Positions 7,168 to 16,829 of a stretch of DNA of 24,000 bases are shown piece by piece. The position numbers were made by a program, and so were the translations under genes. The notes beneath the pieces were generated by a model. The model was not told the origin of the DNA and did no database searches. It saw nothing but the letters and a program-made list of their open reading frames with translations. This stretch comes from Clostridia bacterium. GTDB taxonomy: Bacteria > Bacillota > Clostridia > Oscillospirales > UBA644. The DNA lies in assembly GCA_017623895.1 (NCBI GenBank), contig JAGAOB010000022.1, forward strand, positions 1-24,000, written 5' to 3'. Positions within the stretch are counted from its first letter, which is position 1. Every line of letters begins with the position of its first letter.

Positions 7168-9529
7168 TGGCAGACAGTACCTCCATTTTTTCTCCGTCGG
7201 TGCGGACGGTTACCGTAGACGATTCATCGGTACGAAGAATGATGGCACCAACCTTTGAAAGACGCCCCAAGGCTTCCTGGGTGGGGTGTCCGTAGGAATT
7301 CTTCGATCCGACGGATACCACGGCGTAGATGGGAGAACACGCAACCAAAAAGCTGTCGCAGGACGAGGATTTAGATCCGTGATGAGGCACGGAAAGAACG
7401 TCACAATTTAAGGCACTGCCGTACGCAGAAACCAAGCGCTTTTCCGCCCGCGAGGTGATATCACCCGTAAACATTCCTCGATAGTTTCCGTATTCGGAGA
7501 TTCCTACGATGGAATTTTCATTCTGGTCGTCGGAGGTCGGATCCAAATGCTTCGACAAAAGATGAAGAGTAGAACCACCCAAGGTACGTCGGGTATCTTC
7601 TTCAACTACAGTCAACGTTGCATCTTCCTCTGCAGCAAGCGTTACGATCTGGGCATACAGTCCCGCATCACCCTCCGTATAAGGAATGATGATTTCCAGC
7701 ACCTCTTTTTCGGCACAAAGATCCTTTAACCCGTTGGCGTGATCGTCGTGAAGATGGGAGATCAGAACAAATTTAACCGTTTCGATTCCCGCGGCAGTAA
7801 GATAATCGGAGGCAACGATGCCCGCCTTTTTCGTTCCGCCGCAATCCACAACGTAAGCCTCTTCATTCAGAATGGAGACAACGCAATTCCCTTGCCCTAC
7901 GTCAAGAAATGCCGTTTGCAGCACCCCCGTTGCGGGAGCAGCCTCTCCAACAGAGAGGCGAGAGGAAAGGGATTCCGACGCCTGATATACCGTAAGAAGG
8001 GAGATGATAAGCAGGACTAAGGCAAACCCCCGTTTTATCATCCTTCGATTCTTTTTGGACGTTTTTTTGATGGGAAGAAAGTACAAAAGTCCTGCAAGGA
8101 TCAGAAATACTCCCGCAATTAGCCATTTAAGTGCATTCGGGACGGATTCCACCATATCCATCACAGAAACGGCAAAGGAAGAAAGGTAGGTCATAAAATT
8201 CACCCCATATCGAATAAAAAATCCAAGGACGGCGCAAACCGAAGAAAGAAACGGAAACAGCGACAAGATCAGTAAAAGCAAGGCTGCAAAAAAGCAGATT
8301 TGAAGCACGGGCAAAATCGCGGGAGAAAGGTACAGGGACCATACCGAATAGGTATCCAGGCGAAGCCAAAGCAAGGGAAGGGTAAATAAAAACGCGGCAA
8401 CGGAAACACAAAACAGCGAGATCAGGTTTCGAAGCACTCTCCCGCAGATTACGTGGCAACGGACGAAGAGCCATTGAAGGACGCTTTGCGTAAAGGGTTG
8501 GGAAAACAAAAGAATCCCAAGGGTTGCAGAAAAAGACAACTGAAACGCCAAAGAAAACACGGCGTATGGCTCCGCGAACAAAATAACCGCGGCGGCAATA
8601 CCCAATCGATTCAACGGATCGGTCCTTGCACTGAACCATTCTCCACCGAAAACGATGAGGTTCATAATAACGGCACGCAGGACCGAAGCCGTAATCCCCG
8701 AAAAGAGAAGAATGATCCCCAAAGACAAGACCGAAAGAAGGATCTTCAGCCGAAGATTGCGAAGCTTTTTGAGGAAGAACAAAACGAAGGTAACAAAAAT
8801 CGAAACGTGTAAGCCCGATACGGCAACGATATGCAGCATTCCCGTATGCTTCAGCACCGAATAATCGTTTCCCGAAAGGGCTTCCTTGTTTCCCGTCAGA
8901 ACCGCCGTCATAAAGCCGCCTTCCGAGTCTCCAATAAAGCGAAGGAAGGTTTTCCTGACATAACGCCGCATTTTTTGAGAGACAGAAAGCAGAGCCGACT
9001 CATCGTGGACAACTTCCACATCCTCGGGCAGGGTGTTGAGATGTGCGGTAAAGGCCACGCCCTCGGACAGATTTTCATAGGCATATTCGTCCGTGGGCTT
9101 CGAAAAGGTGAACGAAGCGGTCAGCTCGTCTCCACCATCTGCGGAATACATCGGACTGAAGAAGATAAACCTTTGAGAGAACAACGACGAATCGGGACGG
9201 ACGGTATAGCGATACATCCCCGTAGACGTCAGAACGGGGTCTTCGGTAAGCGTCACCGTAGCGGTGACGGTAGACCCGTCGTATACTGCCTGTGTATCAT
9301 AATAATCCGAGACGGGAAACCACAGAAGCAACGAGGAAACCAGCAAGCAACTAAGGGAAAACAACAGATCCCTCAACCAAATATTGCGAAAGCGAAGAAA
9401 CAGAACGACGAAGAGAAGGACAAACACAATCAAAACCGATACGACAGGGATAAAGGCGTTGGGAAATGACCAGAGAAAGAGTGCCGCGATGCAAAGAGAA
9501 GCGGCGGCGGTAAAGGAAGCGTGCTTCAT
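7157..9529 (-). CDS. comEC: DNA internalisation competence protein ComEC/Rec2
   Basis: 790 aa, polytopic membrane protein. C-terminal metallo-beta-lactamase domain with ISHLHDDHANGL (HxHxDH) and LSVPHHGS. Confidence 0.9.
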   Translation of the reverse strand: MKHASFTAAASLCIAALFLWSFPNAFIPVVSVLIVFVLLFVVLFLRFRNIWLRDLLFSLSCLLVSSLLLWFPVSDYYDTQAVYDGSTVTATVTLTEDPVLTSTGMYRYTVRPDSSLFSQRFIFFSPMYSADGGDELTASFTFSKPTDEYAYENLSEGVAFTAHLNTLPEDVEVVHDESALLSVSQKMRRYVRKTFLRFIGDSEGGFMTAVLTGNKEALSGNDYSVLKHTGMLHIVAVSGLHVSIFVTFVLFFLKKLRNLRLKILLSVLSLGIILLFSGITASVLRAVIMNLIVFGGEWFSARTDPLNRLGIAAAVILFAEPYAVFSLAFQLSFSATLGILLFSQPFTQSVLQWLFVRCHVICGRVLRNLISLFCVSVAAFLFTLPLLWLRLDTYSVWSLYLSPAILPVLQICFFAALLLLILSLFPFLSSVCAVLGFFIRYGVNFMTYLSSFAVSVMDMVESVPNALKWLIAGVFLILAGLLYFLPIKKTSKKNRRMIKRGFALVLLIISLLTVYQASESLSSRLSVGEAAPATGVLQTAFLDVGQGNCVVSILNEEAYVVDCGGTKKAGIVASDYLTAAGIETVKFVLISHLHDDHANGLKDLCAEKEVLEIIIPYTEGDAGLYAQIVTLAAEEDATLTVVEEDTRRTLGGSTLHLLSKHLDPTSDDQNENSIVGISEYGNYRGMFTGDITSRAEKRLVSAYGSALNCDVLSVPHHGSKSSSCDSFLVACSPIYAVVSVGSKNSYGHPTQEALGRLSKVGAIILRTDESSTVTVRTDGEKMEVLSANES

Positions 9530-11877
9530 CCCTGCTTCAGGGTAACGATGGTAACCCCCGTCTCCCCCTCACCATACACGCCGAGGCGGAAGGATTCCAC
9601 GGATTTATCCTTGCGAAGCATCGAATGAACGCCTTGGCGTAACGTTCCCGTTCCTTTTCCGTGAATAATACTGACGGTAGTAAGCCCCGTCATACGGCAG
9701 CGGTCGAGAAAGCCTTCGACGACAGGCTCTGCTTCAAGAATACTCATCCCTCGAATATCGATCTCGTTGGAAACGTCGCGGGTATCACGGTTCAGTGAAT
9801 AGACCGATTTTCCTTGGGGTGCCTGCGGAACCTTTGTTTTTTGCTCCACCAATTCCAGATCGTCCAGCTTTATTTTCATTTTAATAATACCCACTTGAAC
9901 GGAAACCTGTTTTTTATTGTCGGGAAGCGCTAAAACCGTGGCTTGCTTGCCCAAGGACAGAACCTTTACCGTATCGCCCACGCGTAAGGGGCGGGGTAAG
10001 GGCTTTTTCTCTTTTTTGGGGGTAACCGCGGACTCCATTTGATCCAAGGCTTGAGCGGTGGATTTTTTGACGGCGCCAACACGTTCCCGAAAATCTGCCC
10101 GATCCTTTTCTTTACGCAATTCGTCGATCTCGTCCAGCAAACGGTCGGTGTCCCGCCGTGTCTGATCCACGATGTCGGCCGCCTTTCGCTTTGCCTCATC
10201 CAGCCGAGCTTGGGCTTGAGCCTCCAATTCGGCCCGCTCTGCCTTTGCGCGATTTAAGGCGCACTGCGCTTCAAAACGAAGCTCTTCCGCCTGTTTTTTG
10301 TCATATTCCAACGTTTTTCGGGTGGTTTCCAGATCTGCCAGAACCCGTTCCAGCTTGACAGTTTCGTGATCGAGATGGTACTTTGCTCCCTCAATGACAA
10401 GGTCGTCCATTCCCAGCTTTTGTACGATAGCAAACGCGTTGGATTTTCCGGGGATCCCCGTGATCAGGCGATACGTAGGCCGCAGGGTAGAAACGTCAAA
10501 CTCACAGGAGGCATTTTCCACGTCGGGAGTCTGCAGTGCATAGAGCTTCAGCTCCGCGTAATGGGTGGTACACATCACCTTTGCACCCATCGATTGAATG
10601 GACTCAATAATGGACATCGCAAGCGCCGCCCCCTCGGAGGGGTCTGTACCGCTTCCCAATTCATCCAAAAGAACCAAGGAACGGTCCGTGATCTGTCCCA
10701 AAATCGATATGATATGCGTCATATGAGCAGAAAACGTAGACAGGGATTGCTCGATACTCTGTTCGTCTCCGATGTCTGCAAAGATACGGTCATAAAACGC
10801 AACGCAGGATCCTTCCTTCGCGCAGACAAACAAGCCCGACTTTGCCATCAGACAGGCAAGCCCCAAGGTTTTCAGGGAAACGGTCTTTCCTCCCGTATTC
10901 GGACCTGTAACGATGAGAACGGAATAGTCCTTCCCAATGGAAATATCGATAGGAACCACGGTATCCTTGGAGATTAGAGGATGGCGTGCGGCGGTCAGTA
11001 GCGTGATACCGTCCTCCGTAAGATTGGGCAAAAAGGCGGATATTTCCGTAGCGTATCGAGCTTTTGCAAAGCAAAAATCAAAGAAACAAACGGTATTAAA
11101 GTCACAAACCAACCAATCGGCACGATCTCCCACTTGTTGGGAAAAGGACATCAAAATCTTATCGATCTCCCGACGCTCCTCTGCGACGAGAACCGCAATT
11201 TCATTGTTCGCGTTGACGACTGCCATCGGCTCAATAAAAACCGTAGCTCCGCTTGAGGAGGTATCGTGAACCAGCCCGGGGACGTCGTTGCGACATTCGG
11301 CGCGGACAGGCAATACGTAACGATCGTTGCGGATGGTAACGATGGCATCCTGCAGATATTGTCCCGCCGAACGGAGATAACCGTCCAGAACGTTACGGAT
11401 CCTGGCACGGGCGGCAGATTGTTTTCTGCGGATATCCCGCAATGCCGAAGAAGCCCCATCGGAGACCTCCTCGGGAGAGGGAAACGCGGAATGAATACTG
11501 TTTTCCAAGGACACATCGGAAACGAGAATATCGAAGGATTCGGTCAAGGCTCCACTTTCCGAGGGTCTGTTTTCCCGCAGTCCCCGCACGATACGCAACA
11601 GATCTGCAATAGCGATCAGCTCTGAAATGGCAAGAGTCGCGCCGTTTTGCGCGCGACGGGCCGAGGATACGATATTTTTCAAATCAGAAAAGGAGGGAGC
11701 ACCGTACCGCTGTAGAATCTGCATCGCGGCATCGGTCTGCTCCAAGGCCTTTTGTGCGTCCTTGCAGGTATTATAGGGCTTCAATCCGCGACACATTTCC
11801 TTTCCCGGATCGGAAACCGCGTGAACCGCAAGACGGTCGAGAATCTTATGATATTCCAGAGGAATCAGTTCGTCCAT
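9526..11877 (-). CDS. mutS2: Endonuclease MutS2 (MutS-family ATPase with C-terminal Smr domain)
   Basis: Walker A GPNTGGKTV, DELGSGTDPSEGAAL, a long coiled-coil region and a C-terminal Smr-like domain (IDIRGMSILEA...IIHGKGTGTLRQGV). 783 aa. Confidence 0.95.
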   Translation of the reverse strand: MDELIPLEYHKILDRLAVHAVSDPGKEMCRGLKPYNTCKDAQKALEQTDAAMQILQRYGAPSFSDLKNIVSSARRAQNGATLAISELIAIADLLRIVRGLRENRPSESGALTESFDILVSDVSLENSIHSAFPSPEEVSDGASSALRDIRRKQSAARARIRNVLDGYLRSAGQYLQDAIVTIRNDRYVLPVRAECRNDVPGLVHDTSSSGATVFIEPMAVVNANNEIAVLVAEERREIDKILMSFSQQVGDRADWLVCDFNTVCFFDFCFAKARYATEISAFLPNLTEDGITLLTAARHPLISKDTVVPIDISIGKDYSVLIVTGPNTGGKTVSLKTLGLACLMAKSGLFVCAKEGSCVAFYDRIFADIGDEQSIEQSLSTFSAHMTHIISILGQITDRSLVLLDELGSGTDPSEGAALAMSIIESIQSMGAKVMCTTHYAELKLYALQTPDVENASCEFDVSTLRPTYRLITGIPGKSNAFAIVQKLGMDDLVIEGAKYHLDHETVKLERVLADLETTRKTLEYDKKQAEELRFEAQCALNRAKAERAELEAQAQARLDEAKRKAADIVDQTRRDTDRLLDEIDELRKEKDRADFRERVGAVKKSTAQALDQMESAVTPKKEKKPLPRPLRVGDTVKVLSLGKQATVLALPDNKKQVSVQVGIIKMKIKLDDLELVEQKTKVPQAPQGKSVYSLNRDTRDVSNEIDIRGMSILEAEPVVEGFLDRCRMTGLTTVSIIHGKGTGTLRQGVHSMLRKDKSVESFRLGVYGEGETGVTIVTLKQG

Positions 11878-11891
11878 AATCAGAGAGCCTT

Positions 11892-12611
11892 TCAGAGTGT
11901 AATTCGAAGCGAACGGTAGTATTCAAGGGACAGGAAGTCCGTATCGGTGACAAAGGAAACGTAATCGGACAAAAGCTTGGATAAATAGTGTACGGAATCG
12001 TCATTCATCGAAAATAAGTACGCCTTTTTTCCCTCATTTTGGGAAATGTGCCGCAGGGCGGAAATCATTCCTTGGGTTATGGGATAACCGTTTCCGCATT
12101 CCTCGCAGCAGAATCCATCCCGAAAGGACCACTTGGCCGGTTGCTTCCCGCAGCGGGCGCAGGTAACCTCGGGGAAAACGCCCTCGATGATGCAATATTT
12201 CGTTTCGTAGACCAGCTTGATCAGCCGTTCGTCGAGATCGGTAGAGCTTAACAGATAGAGAGAATTAAGAAGCAGAGAGCATAGCGCGGCGGCATCGGTC
12301 TCCGCTCCGCTTTTCGCGGCAACGTCGACAAAATACTGTGCCAAGGCAAGACGAGAAAGGTCTTGACGAAGCCCATAAAACGCTTCGTGTACGTCGGCGG
12401 AATTGACCACGTACATTCCCTTGCCCTTAAAAAGAACGAAATGAGAAAAGACGAAATTTTGGGCATACAACACCGATTGCTTCTTGTTCTTCCCCACAGA
12501 ACGGGCAAGGACGGTAATCCTGCCGTGCTCGGGAGTCAGAAGCGTCAAGATCATATCCCGCTCACCGTAAGGCCGTGCTTTCAGGACAATGCCGTCGGTA
12601 GACACTTCCAT
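11892..12611 (-). CDS. recO: DNA repair protein RecO
   Basis: 239 aa. N-terminal OB-fold-like GIVLKARPYGERDMILTLLTPEHGRITVLARS. Zinc-finger cysteines CARCGK...CCEECG. Located downstream of era as usual. Confidence 0.9.
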   Translation of the reverse strand: MEVSTDGIVLKARPYGERDMILTLLTPEHGRITVLARSVGKNKKQSVLYAQNFVFSHFVLFKGKGMYVVNSADVHEAFYGLRQDLSRLALAQYFVDVAAKSGAETDAAALCSLLLNSLYLLSSTDLDERLIKLVYETKYCIIEGVFPEVTCARCGKQPAKWSFRDGFCCEECGNGYPITQGMISALRHISQNEGKKAYLFSMNDDSVHYLSKLLSDYVSFVTDTDFLSLEYYRSLRITL

Positions 12612-12624
12612 AGAGGTCTGCTCC

Positions 12625-13506
12625 TTAAAACTCGTTGTATTCGTTGATCAGAGATTCGTTGTTGCGCCAATCTTCCTTTACCTTGACGCGACATTCCAGA
12701 TACACCTTACGTCCAAGCATCGCTTCGATCTCGCCCCGAGCCTCGGTGGCAATCTTTTTCAACATCGTGCCTTGCTTGCCGATAATAATACCCTTGTGAG
12801 ATTCCCGTTCACAGATGATGTTGACGTAGATCTCCGTAAGATTTCCGTCCTCGCGGTCCTTAAACAAAACCGTTTCCACGGCAGTGCCGTGAGGAACCTC
12901 TTCCCGAAGATTACGCAACAGCTTTTCCCGCACCAATTCGCTTGCCAGATACCGTTCGGAACGATCGGTGGCGGCATCGGTGGGATAATAGACGACGGGA
13001 GATTCCTCCATGTGCTTCAAAATTTCATCCAATACGATCTTTACTCCGTCCCGCTGCAGAGCACTGATGGGAACGATGGAATCAAATTCGTGCAATTCTG
13101 CATAGGCAGAAATCACCTTAAGGATCTCATCCTTACGGATCTTGTCAATTTTATTCAACACAAGGATGCAAGGAAGTCCGGAGACATGGATCTTTTTGAT
13201 GACCTCTCGCTCCATCGCGGCAGGGGGCCGACATTCGGCAACGAAAAGAATCAGATCCACATCGCCGATGGATTCCTCGGCGACCTCGATCATCCGTGCG
13301 CCAAGCTTGTTTTCTGGGCGATGAAATCCGGGCGTGTCAAGGAACGCGATCTGTACGTCTTGCGCATTATAAACCCCAACGATACGGCTTCGGGTGGTTT
13401 GGGGCTTATCGGAAATAATAGAGATCTTCTCTCCCAATATGGCATTCAGCAAGGTGGATTTTCCCACGTTGGTGCGTCCGATAATAGAAACGAATGCGGT
13501 TTTCAT
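12625..13506 (-). CDS. era: GTPase Era
   Basis: G1 GRTNVGKST, DKPQTTR, G3 DTPG, G4 NKID, and a C-terminal KH domain. 293 aa. Confidence 0.95.
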   Translation of the reverse strand: MKTAFVSIIGRTNVGKSTLLNAILGEKISIISDKPQTTRSRIVGVYNAQDVQIAFLDTPGFHRPENKLGARMIEVAEESIGDVDLILFVAECRPPAAMEREVIKKIHVSGLPCILVLNKIDKIRKDEILKVISAYAELHEFDSIVPISALQRDGVKIVLDEILKHMEESPVVYYPTDAATDRSERYLASELVREKLLRNLREEVPHGTAVETVLFKDREDGNLTEIYVNIICERESHKGIIIGKQGTMLKKIATEARGEIEAMLGRKVYLECRVKVKEDWRNNESLINEYNEF

Positions 13507-13604
13507 AAAATACCTCTCAAAAAAATTAGTTCGGGTGTAATATCAAAAGAAATCATTTGAAGAGAATTGCCAGAATTGCTTACGGACAAATTCCCGCTTG
13601 AAAA

Positions 13605-14066
13605 TCAGCTGCGGGGTCTTCCCCGAACGAAAAACAGGGAAAGAATGACGAATAAAATTGAGAGAACCAATCCCGCGGGAGTTTTTATATTTTCGAAGAC
13701 GAACGCCCAATGGGCAGGATCGCGAAAAATGAAGATTGCAACAAAAACAGCGGAAACGGCGGAAACGAGCACCGCCGTAGCAGAGGCGTCCTTCGCCTTT
13801 TTTGCTCCGTCACAGCGTTGGGACGTAGCAAGATCCACCGCCTTCTCTACTGCGGTGTTGATCAATTCTAAGGATAACACCGAGCAACACGTGACGGTAA
13901 GCATTACGGCTTGTCCTTCGGTCACCTTATAGAGAATCGAAAGAATCGTGACAAAGCAGACGGCGACCAAATGGATCCGAAAATTCCGCTCTTCGCGAAT
14001 CGTACAGAACAAGCCCTGAAACGCATAAGAAAAGGATCGGGCGATCCCTTTGAACATCTGAATCAT
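13605..14066 (-). CDS. dgkA: Diacylglycerol/undecaprenol kinase DgkA family
   Basis: 153-aa membrane protein with FSYAFQGL...EERNFRIH and the ELINTAVEKAVD motif. Its ATG overlaps the ybeY TGA in an ATGA junction. Confidence 0.85.
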   Translation of the reverse strand: MIQMFKGIARSFSYAFQGLFCTIREERNFRIHLVAVCFVTILSILYKVTEGQAVMLTVTCCSVLSLELINTAVEKAVDLATSQRCDGAKKAKDASATAVLVSAVSAVFVAIFIFRDPAHWAFVFENIKTPAGLVLSILFVILSLFFVRGRPRS

Positions 14067-14530
14067 CGGTGTAACCCCATTCCCTGAAGAATCGCTTCCT
14101 GGCGAGAAAACATTTCTTTCTCTTGCTCAGGCCCGTCAACGTGATCGTAGCCCAGACAGTGCAGCACCGAGTGGGCAGTAAGAAACGCCACCTCGCGCTC
14201 GTATGTATGGCCGTACTCCCGAGCCTGCTTTCTTGCACGCTCCAAGGAAAGTGCCATATCCCCTACGTAAATGAACTCCGTACCGTTCTCGGCGGGATAT
14301 TCTCCCGACGGAAAGGACAACACGTCGGTGGGACGGTCCACGTCGCGGAAGGTCCGATTCAATTCCCAAATTTTCTTATCGTCCACCAAAAGGACCGACA
14401 TTTCACATTCTGCCGTAACGCCCTCGTAATCCAGAACGGCGTTGACGACGGAACGAATCAGATCCTTCAATGCTTTGGGGGTTCGTTCCTTGCGCTGTTG
14501 GTTGGTAATGCTGACGTAACAATGGCTCAT
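14063..14530 (-). CDS. ybeY: rRNA maturation endoribonuclease YbeY
   Basis: Zinc motif HSVLHCLGYDH (HxxxHxxGxxH). I start at ATG 14530 (MSHCYVSITNQQ, 155 aa). The track's 15-codon N-terminal extension comes from the tandem-repeat spacer and begins at a GTG. Confidence 0.88.
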   Translation of the reverse strand: MSHCYVSITNQQRKERTPKALKDLIRSVVNAVLDYEGVTAECEMSVLLVDDKKIWELNRTFRDVDRPTDVLSFPSGEYPAENGTEFIYVGDMALSLERARKQAREYGHTYEREVAFLTAHSVLHCLGYDHVDGPEQEKEMFSRQEAILQGMGLHR

Positions 14531-14540
14531 AACGCACTCA

Positions 14541-14676
14541 TTTCTTTCGGAGCTTGTCCGAATGGATGTTGACACGACATTGATTCATATTATTTTCTTC
14601 AGAGCTTGTCCGAATGGATGTTGACACAACACTGACTTATATTATTTTTTTCGGAGATTGTCCGAATTGGATTGCT
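14541..14676. repeat. Tandem direct repeat, about 2.6 copies of a 52-53 nt unit derived from the phoH 3' end
   Basis: Copy A is 14541-14593. Copy B is 14594-14645, with about 6 differences from A. A partial copy C at 14646-14676 is the last codons of phoH itself. The shared core is cggagcttgtccgaatggatgttgacac. Confidence 0.8.
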
Positions 14677-15622
14677 TCTCGGAAAAAACATCGTAGGCAC
14701 GAATGATCTTCTGTACCAGCGCGTGGCGGACTACGTCCTTGGGGGAAAGCGTTTGAATGGAGATATCATCAATGCTTTCCAGGACCCTCATTGCCTGCTT
14801 CAGACCGCTTTGCTTGCCGTCGGGCAGATCAATCTGGGTGATATCTCCCGTAATGACGATTTTGGAACGGAATCCAAGACGGGTCAGAAACATTTTCATT
14901 TGCTCGCAGGTAGTATTTTGGGCTTCGTCCAAAATGATGAACGAATCATCCAGCGTGCGTCCCCGCATATAAGCAAGGGGGGCTACCTCGATGATATTTT
15001 TTTCCAGATAGCTTTGATACGTATCCACGCCAAGGAAATCAAACAACGCGTCGTGCAACGGCCGCAGATAAGGGTCTACCTTGTCCTGCAGATCCCCGGG
15101 CAAAAAGCCCAGCTTTTCTCCTGCTTCCACCGCAGGGCGGGTCAACACGATCCGATCTACCAGCTTATTTCGTAACGCCGTAACCGCCATAGCGTCGGCA
15201 AGATAGGTTTTCCCCGTACCCGCAGGTCCGACGCCGAGGGTGATGGTGTTGGAGCGAATGGCAGAAACGTACTCCTTTTGCCCCAAGGTCTTGGGCTTTA
15301 CGGGCTTTCCTCGGGACGTAATGCAGATACAGTCTCCCCCCAAATCGGAAAGAGACTCTTCCTTTCCCTCCCGAACGGAGAGAATAAAATACGCCACGGT
15401 CTGCCCGTCGATCAATTCTCCTTTTTGCGCAAGATCGGAAAGCAATTCGATTACCTTTTTGGCATCGGCAACGTTTTCTGCCTCGCCCGAAATCTTCAGT
15501 TCGTCTCCTCGATTGGTCACGGAAACCCGCAACTCCGATTCGATACGGCGAATATTTTCGTCCAGATGACCAAACAGGTTAGAGAGCAGATCGAGAGATT
15601 CAAATTTCAAAATTTCTTCCAC
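14642..15622 (-). CDS. phoH: PhoH-like ATPase
   Basis: Walker A GPAGTGKTYLA and Walker B FIILDEAQN. 326 aa. GTG start with AAAGGA upstream. It keeps the conserved yqfD-phoH-ybeY order. Confidence 0.9.
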   Translation of the reverse strand: MEEILKFESLDLLSNLFGHLDENIRRIESELRVSVTNRGDELKISGEAENVADAKKVIELLSDLAQKGELIDGQTVAYFILSVREGKEESLSDLGGDCICITSRGKPVKPKTLGQKEYVSAIRSNTITLGVGPAGTGKTYLADAMAVTALRNKLVDRIVLTRPAVEAGEKLGFLPGDLQDKVDPYLRPLHDALFDFLGVDTYQSYLEKNIIEVAPLAYMRGRTLDDSFIILDEAQNTTCEQMKMFLTRLGFRSKIVITGDITQIDLPDGKQSGLKQAMRVLESIDDISIQTLSPKDVVRHALVQKIIRAYDVFSEKQSNSDNLRKK

Positions 15623-15635
15623 GTTTTTTTATCCT

Positions 15636-16826
15636 TTAATCTTCGAAATAAAAAGTTTTATCTTCACAAATATCGGTAATCACGCTTCGCACGCGGGTAA
15701 CGGTAACGGACCTGTCGGTCACGGAAACGGTCTCGTTGACCGACTCCACCTCCACACCGTAAAACCGAAGTCGGTCGATCTCGTCGAGGCGTGCACGGGC
15801 AAGCTCCTCCGCTTCCTCGGGCGTGATGCTTTCCTCTTGGGAATACGTCTCGTAATAATAGGTTTCGGTCAACGCAATGGGCACGTTCTCTCCGTCACCA
15901 AAGGAGAGGTATTTAGTTTCGGTAACCACGTCGTATTCATCGTAAGGGCAAGAAAACCAAGGGGTCGCGTTTACGGTTTTATCGAAAAACCGCCACTCCC
16001 GTCGAATCACGCGTCGACCCGTGCGTTGTGAAATCCTGCGGGTGAGAGACTCGGTCTGGCTTTGAACATCGGTGACTCTTGCCAAAATTTTTGCCTTAGC
16101 GTGGACTACGTAATACCCCAATCGGGTATCCATAATTCCGCCTACCAGAAGATCTCCCTTTTGTACGGTCTGCCCTTTTTTTGCATAACGCATCCCCGTT
16201 TGCACCAGCATCGATACGATTTGTCCGTCTCTGGAAGCCACGATATTACAGGGAGTTCCGTCATCCACGGAAGGGGGCGCCGTTTCCGAAAAACGAACTT
16301 CGACCATCGCACGGCAACCGTTCATATTCACGGAAACGAAGGAAATATCATCTTCTTTCAGCATTAACTGATAGCGGAGATTCTTGTAATCCACCCACGG
16401 GATAAAGGATCCGATGCCAAACCCCTCGTCCAGCAAAACCGAGCGAATCCGTTTTTCCTGCACGGGGTTAACGTTAGGGATCTCCACCGACCAAACGATA
16501 CGGGAAAACAGAAGCAACAAAAGCAAGTACAGCCCGATCCCGAGAAAAAGTCCGATGCGCAGGCGGTATCGCTTCAAGGTAACGGGCAACCCGATTTCCT
16601 CTTTATATTCCAGCGTAACTCCGCTTTTTCTTGCCAAGACGTCGAAGCGTTTTTTGGAAAAAAGAAAGGTTTTAACCCGAATAATTCCGGGACAGACCCG
16701 ACGGATCTCCCAAAGGTCGATCTCGTTTTTCATACAGAGAGTGATAAACCGTTCACCGTAAGCGCCCTGAATCTCCAAAACCGCGTATCCGAAAAGCCAG
16801 CGAAGCCAACTCCACAAAAACGTCAT
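15636..16826 (-). CDS. yqfD: Sporulation protein YqfD
   Basis: 396 aa. The N-terminus, WLRWLFGYAVLEIQGAYGERFITLCMKNEIDLWEIRR, is typical of YqfD, and there is one central TM segment. It follows yqfC. Confidence 0.85.
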   Translation of the reverse strand: MTFLWSWLRWLFGYAVLEIQGAYGERFITLCMKNEIDLWEIRRVCPGIIRVKTFLFSKKRFDVLARKSGVTLEYKEEIGLPVTLKRYRLRIGLFLGIGLYLLLLLLFSRIVWSVEIPNVNPVQEKRIRSVLLDEGFGIGSFIPWVDYKNLRYQLMLKEDDISFVSVNMNGCRAMVEVRFSETAPPSVDDGTPCNIVASRDGQIVSMLVQTGMRYAKKGQTVQKGDLLVGGIMDTRLGYYVVHAKAKILARVTDVQSQTESLTRRISQRTGRRVIRREWRFFDKTVNATPWFSCPYDEYDVVTETKYLSFGDGENVPIALTETYYYETYSQEESITPEEAEELARARLDEIDRLRFYGVEVESVNETVSVTDRSVTVTRVRSVITDICEDKTFYFED

Positions 16827-16829
16827 CGC

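Noticed and set aside
12589-13560. 323-aa ORF on the + strand covering the whole of era in antisense
   Set aside because: It lies exactly opposite a gene with unmistakable Era motifs. It has no RBS or promoter context and a low-complexity, motif-free translation. Long shadow ORFs opposite highly expressed, codon-biased genes are a common artefact. The same reasoning applies to 878..1537 (antisense to dnaJ), 8831..9469 (antisense to comEC), 20301..21062 (antisense to the Dac-like gene), and 3699..4322 and 4881..5465 (antisense to the repeat protein).
14531-14575. 15-codon N-terminal extension of ybeY (MSTSIRTSSERNECV)
   Set aside because: It starts at a GTG inside the tandem repeat and is simply a translation of duplicated phoH 3'-end sequence. 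Starting at ATG 14530 gives a YbeY of normal length.
14561-14640. TTGACA hexamers on the + strand inside each tandem repeat copy (14569 and 14620) as possible antisense promoters
   Set aside because: No acceptable -10 hexamer lies at 16-18 nt spacing (the best candidates are at 13 nt or read tatttt). Any transcript would be antisense to phoH with no ORF to serve.
14541-14676. Possibility that the 52-53 nt tandem repeats are a small CRISPR array
   Set aside because: The units are directly adjacent with no unique spacers. There are only about 2.6 copies, one of which is coding sequence of phoH, and no cas genes are in the window.
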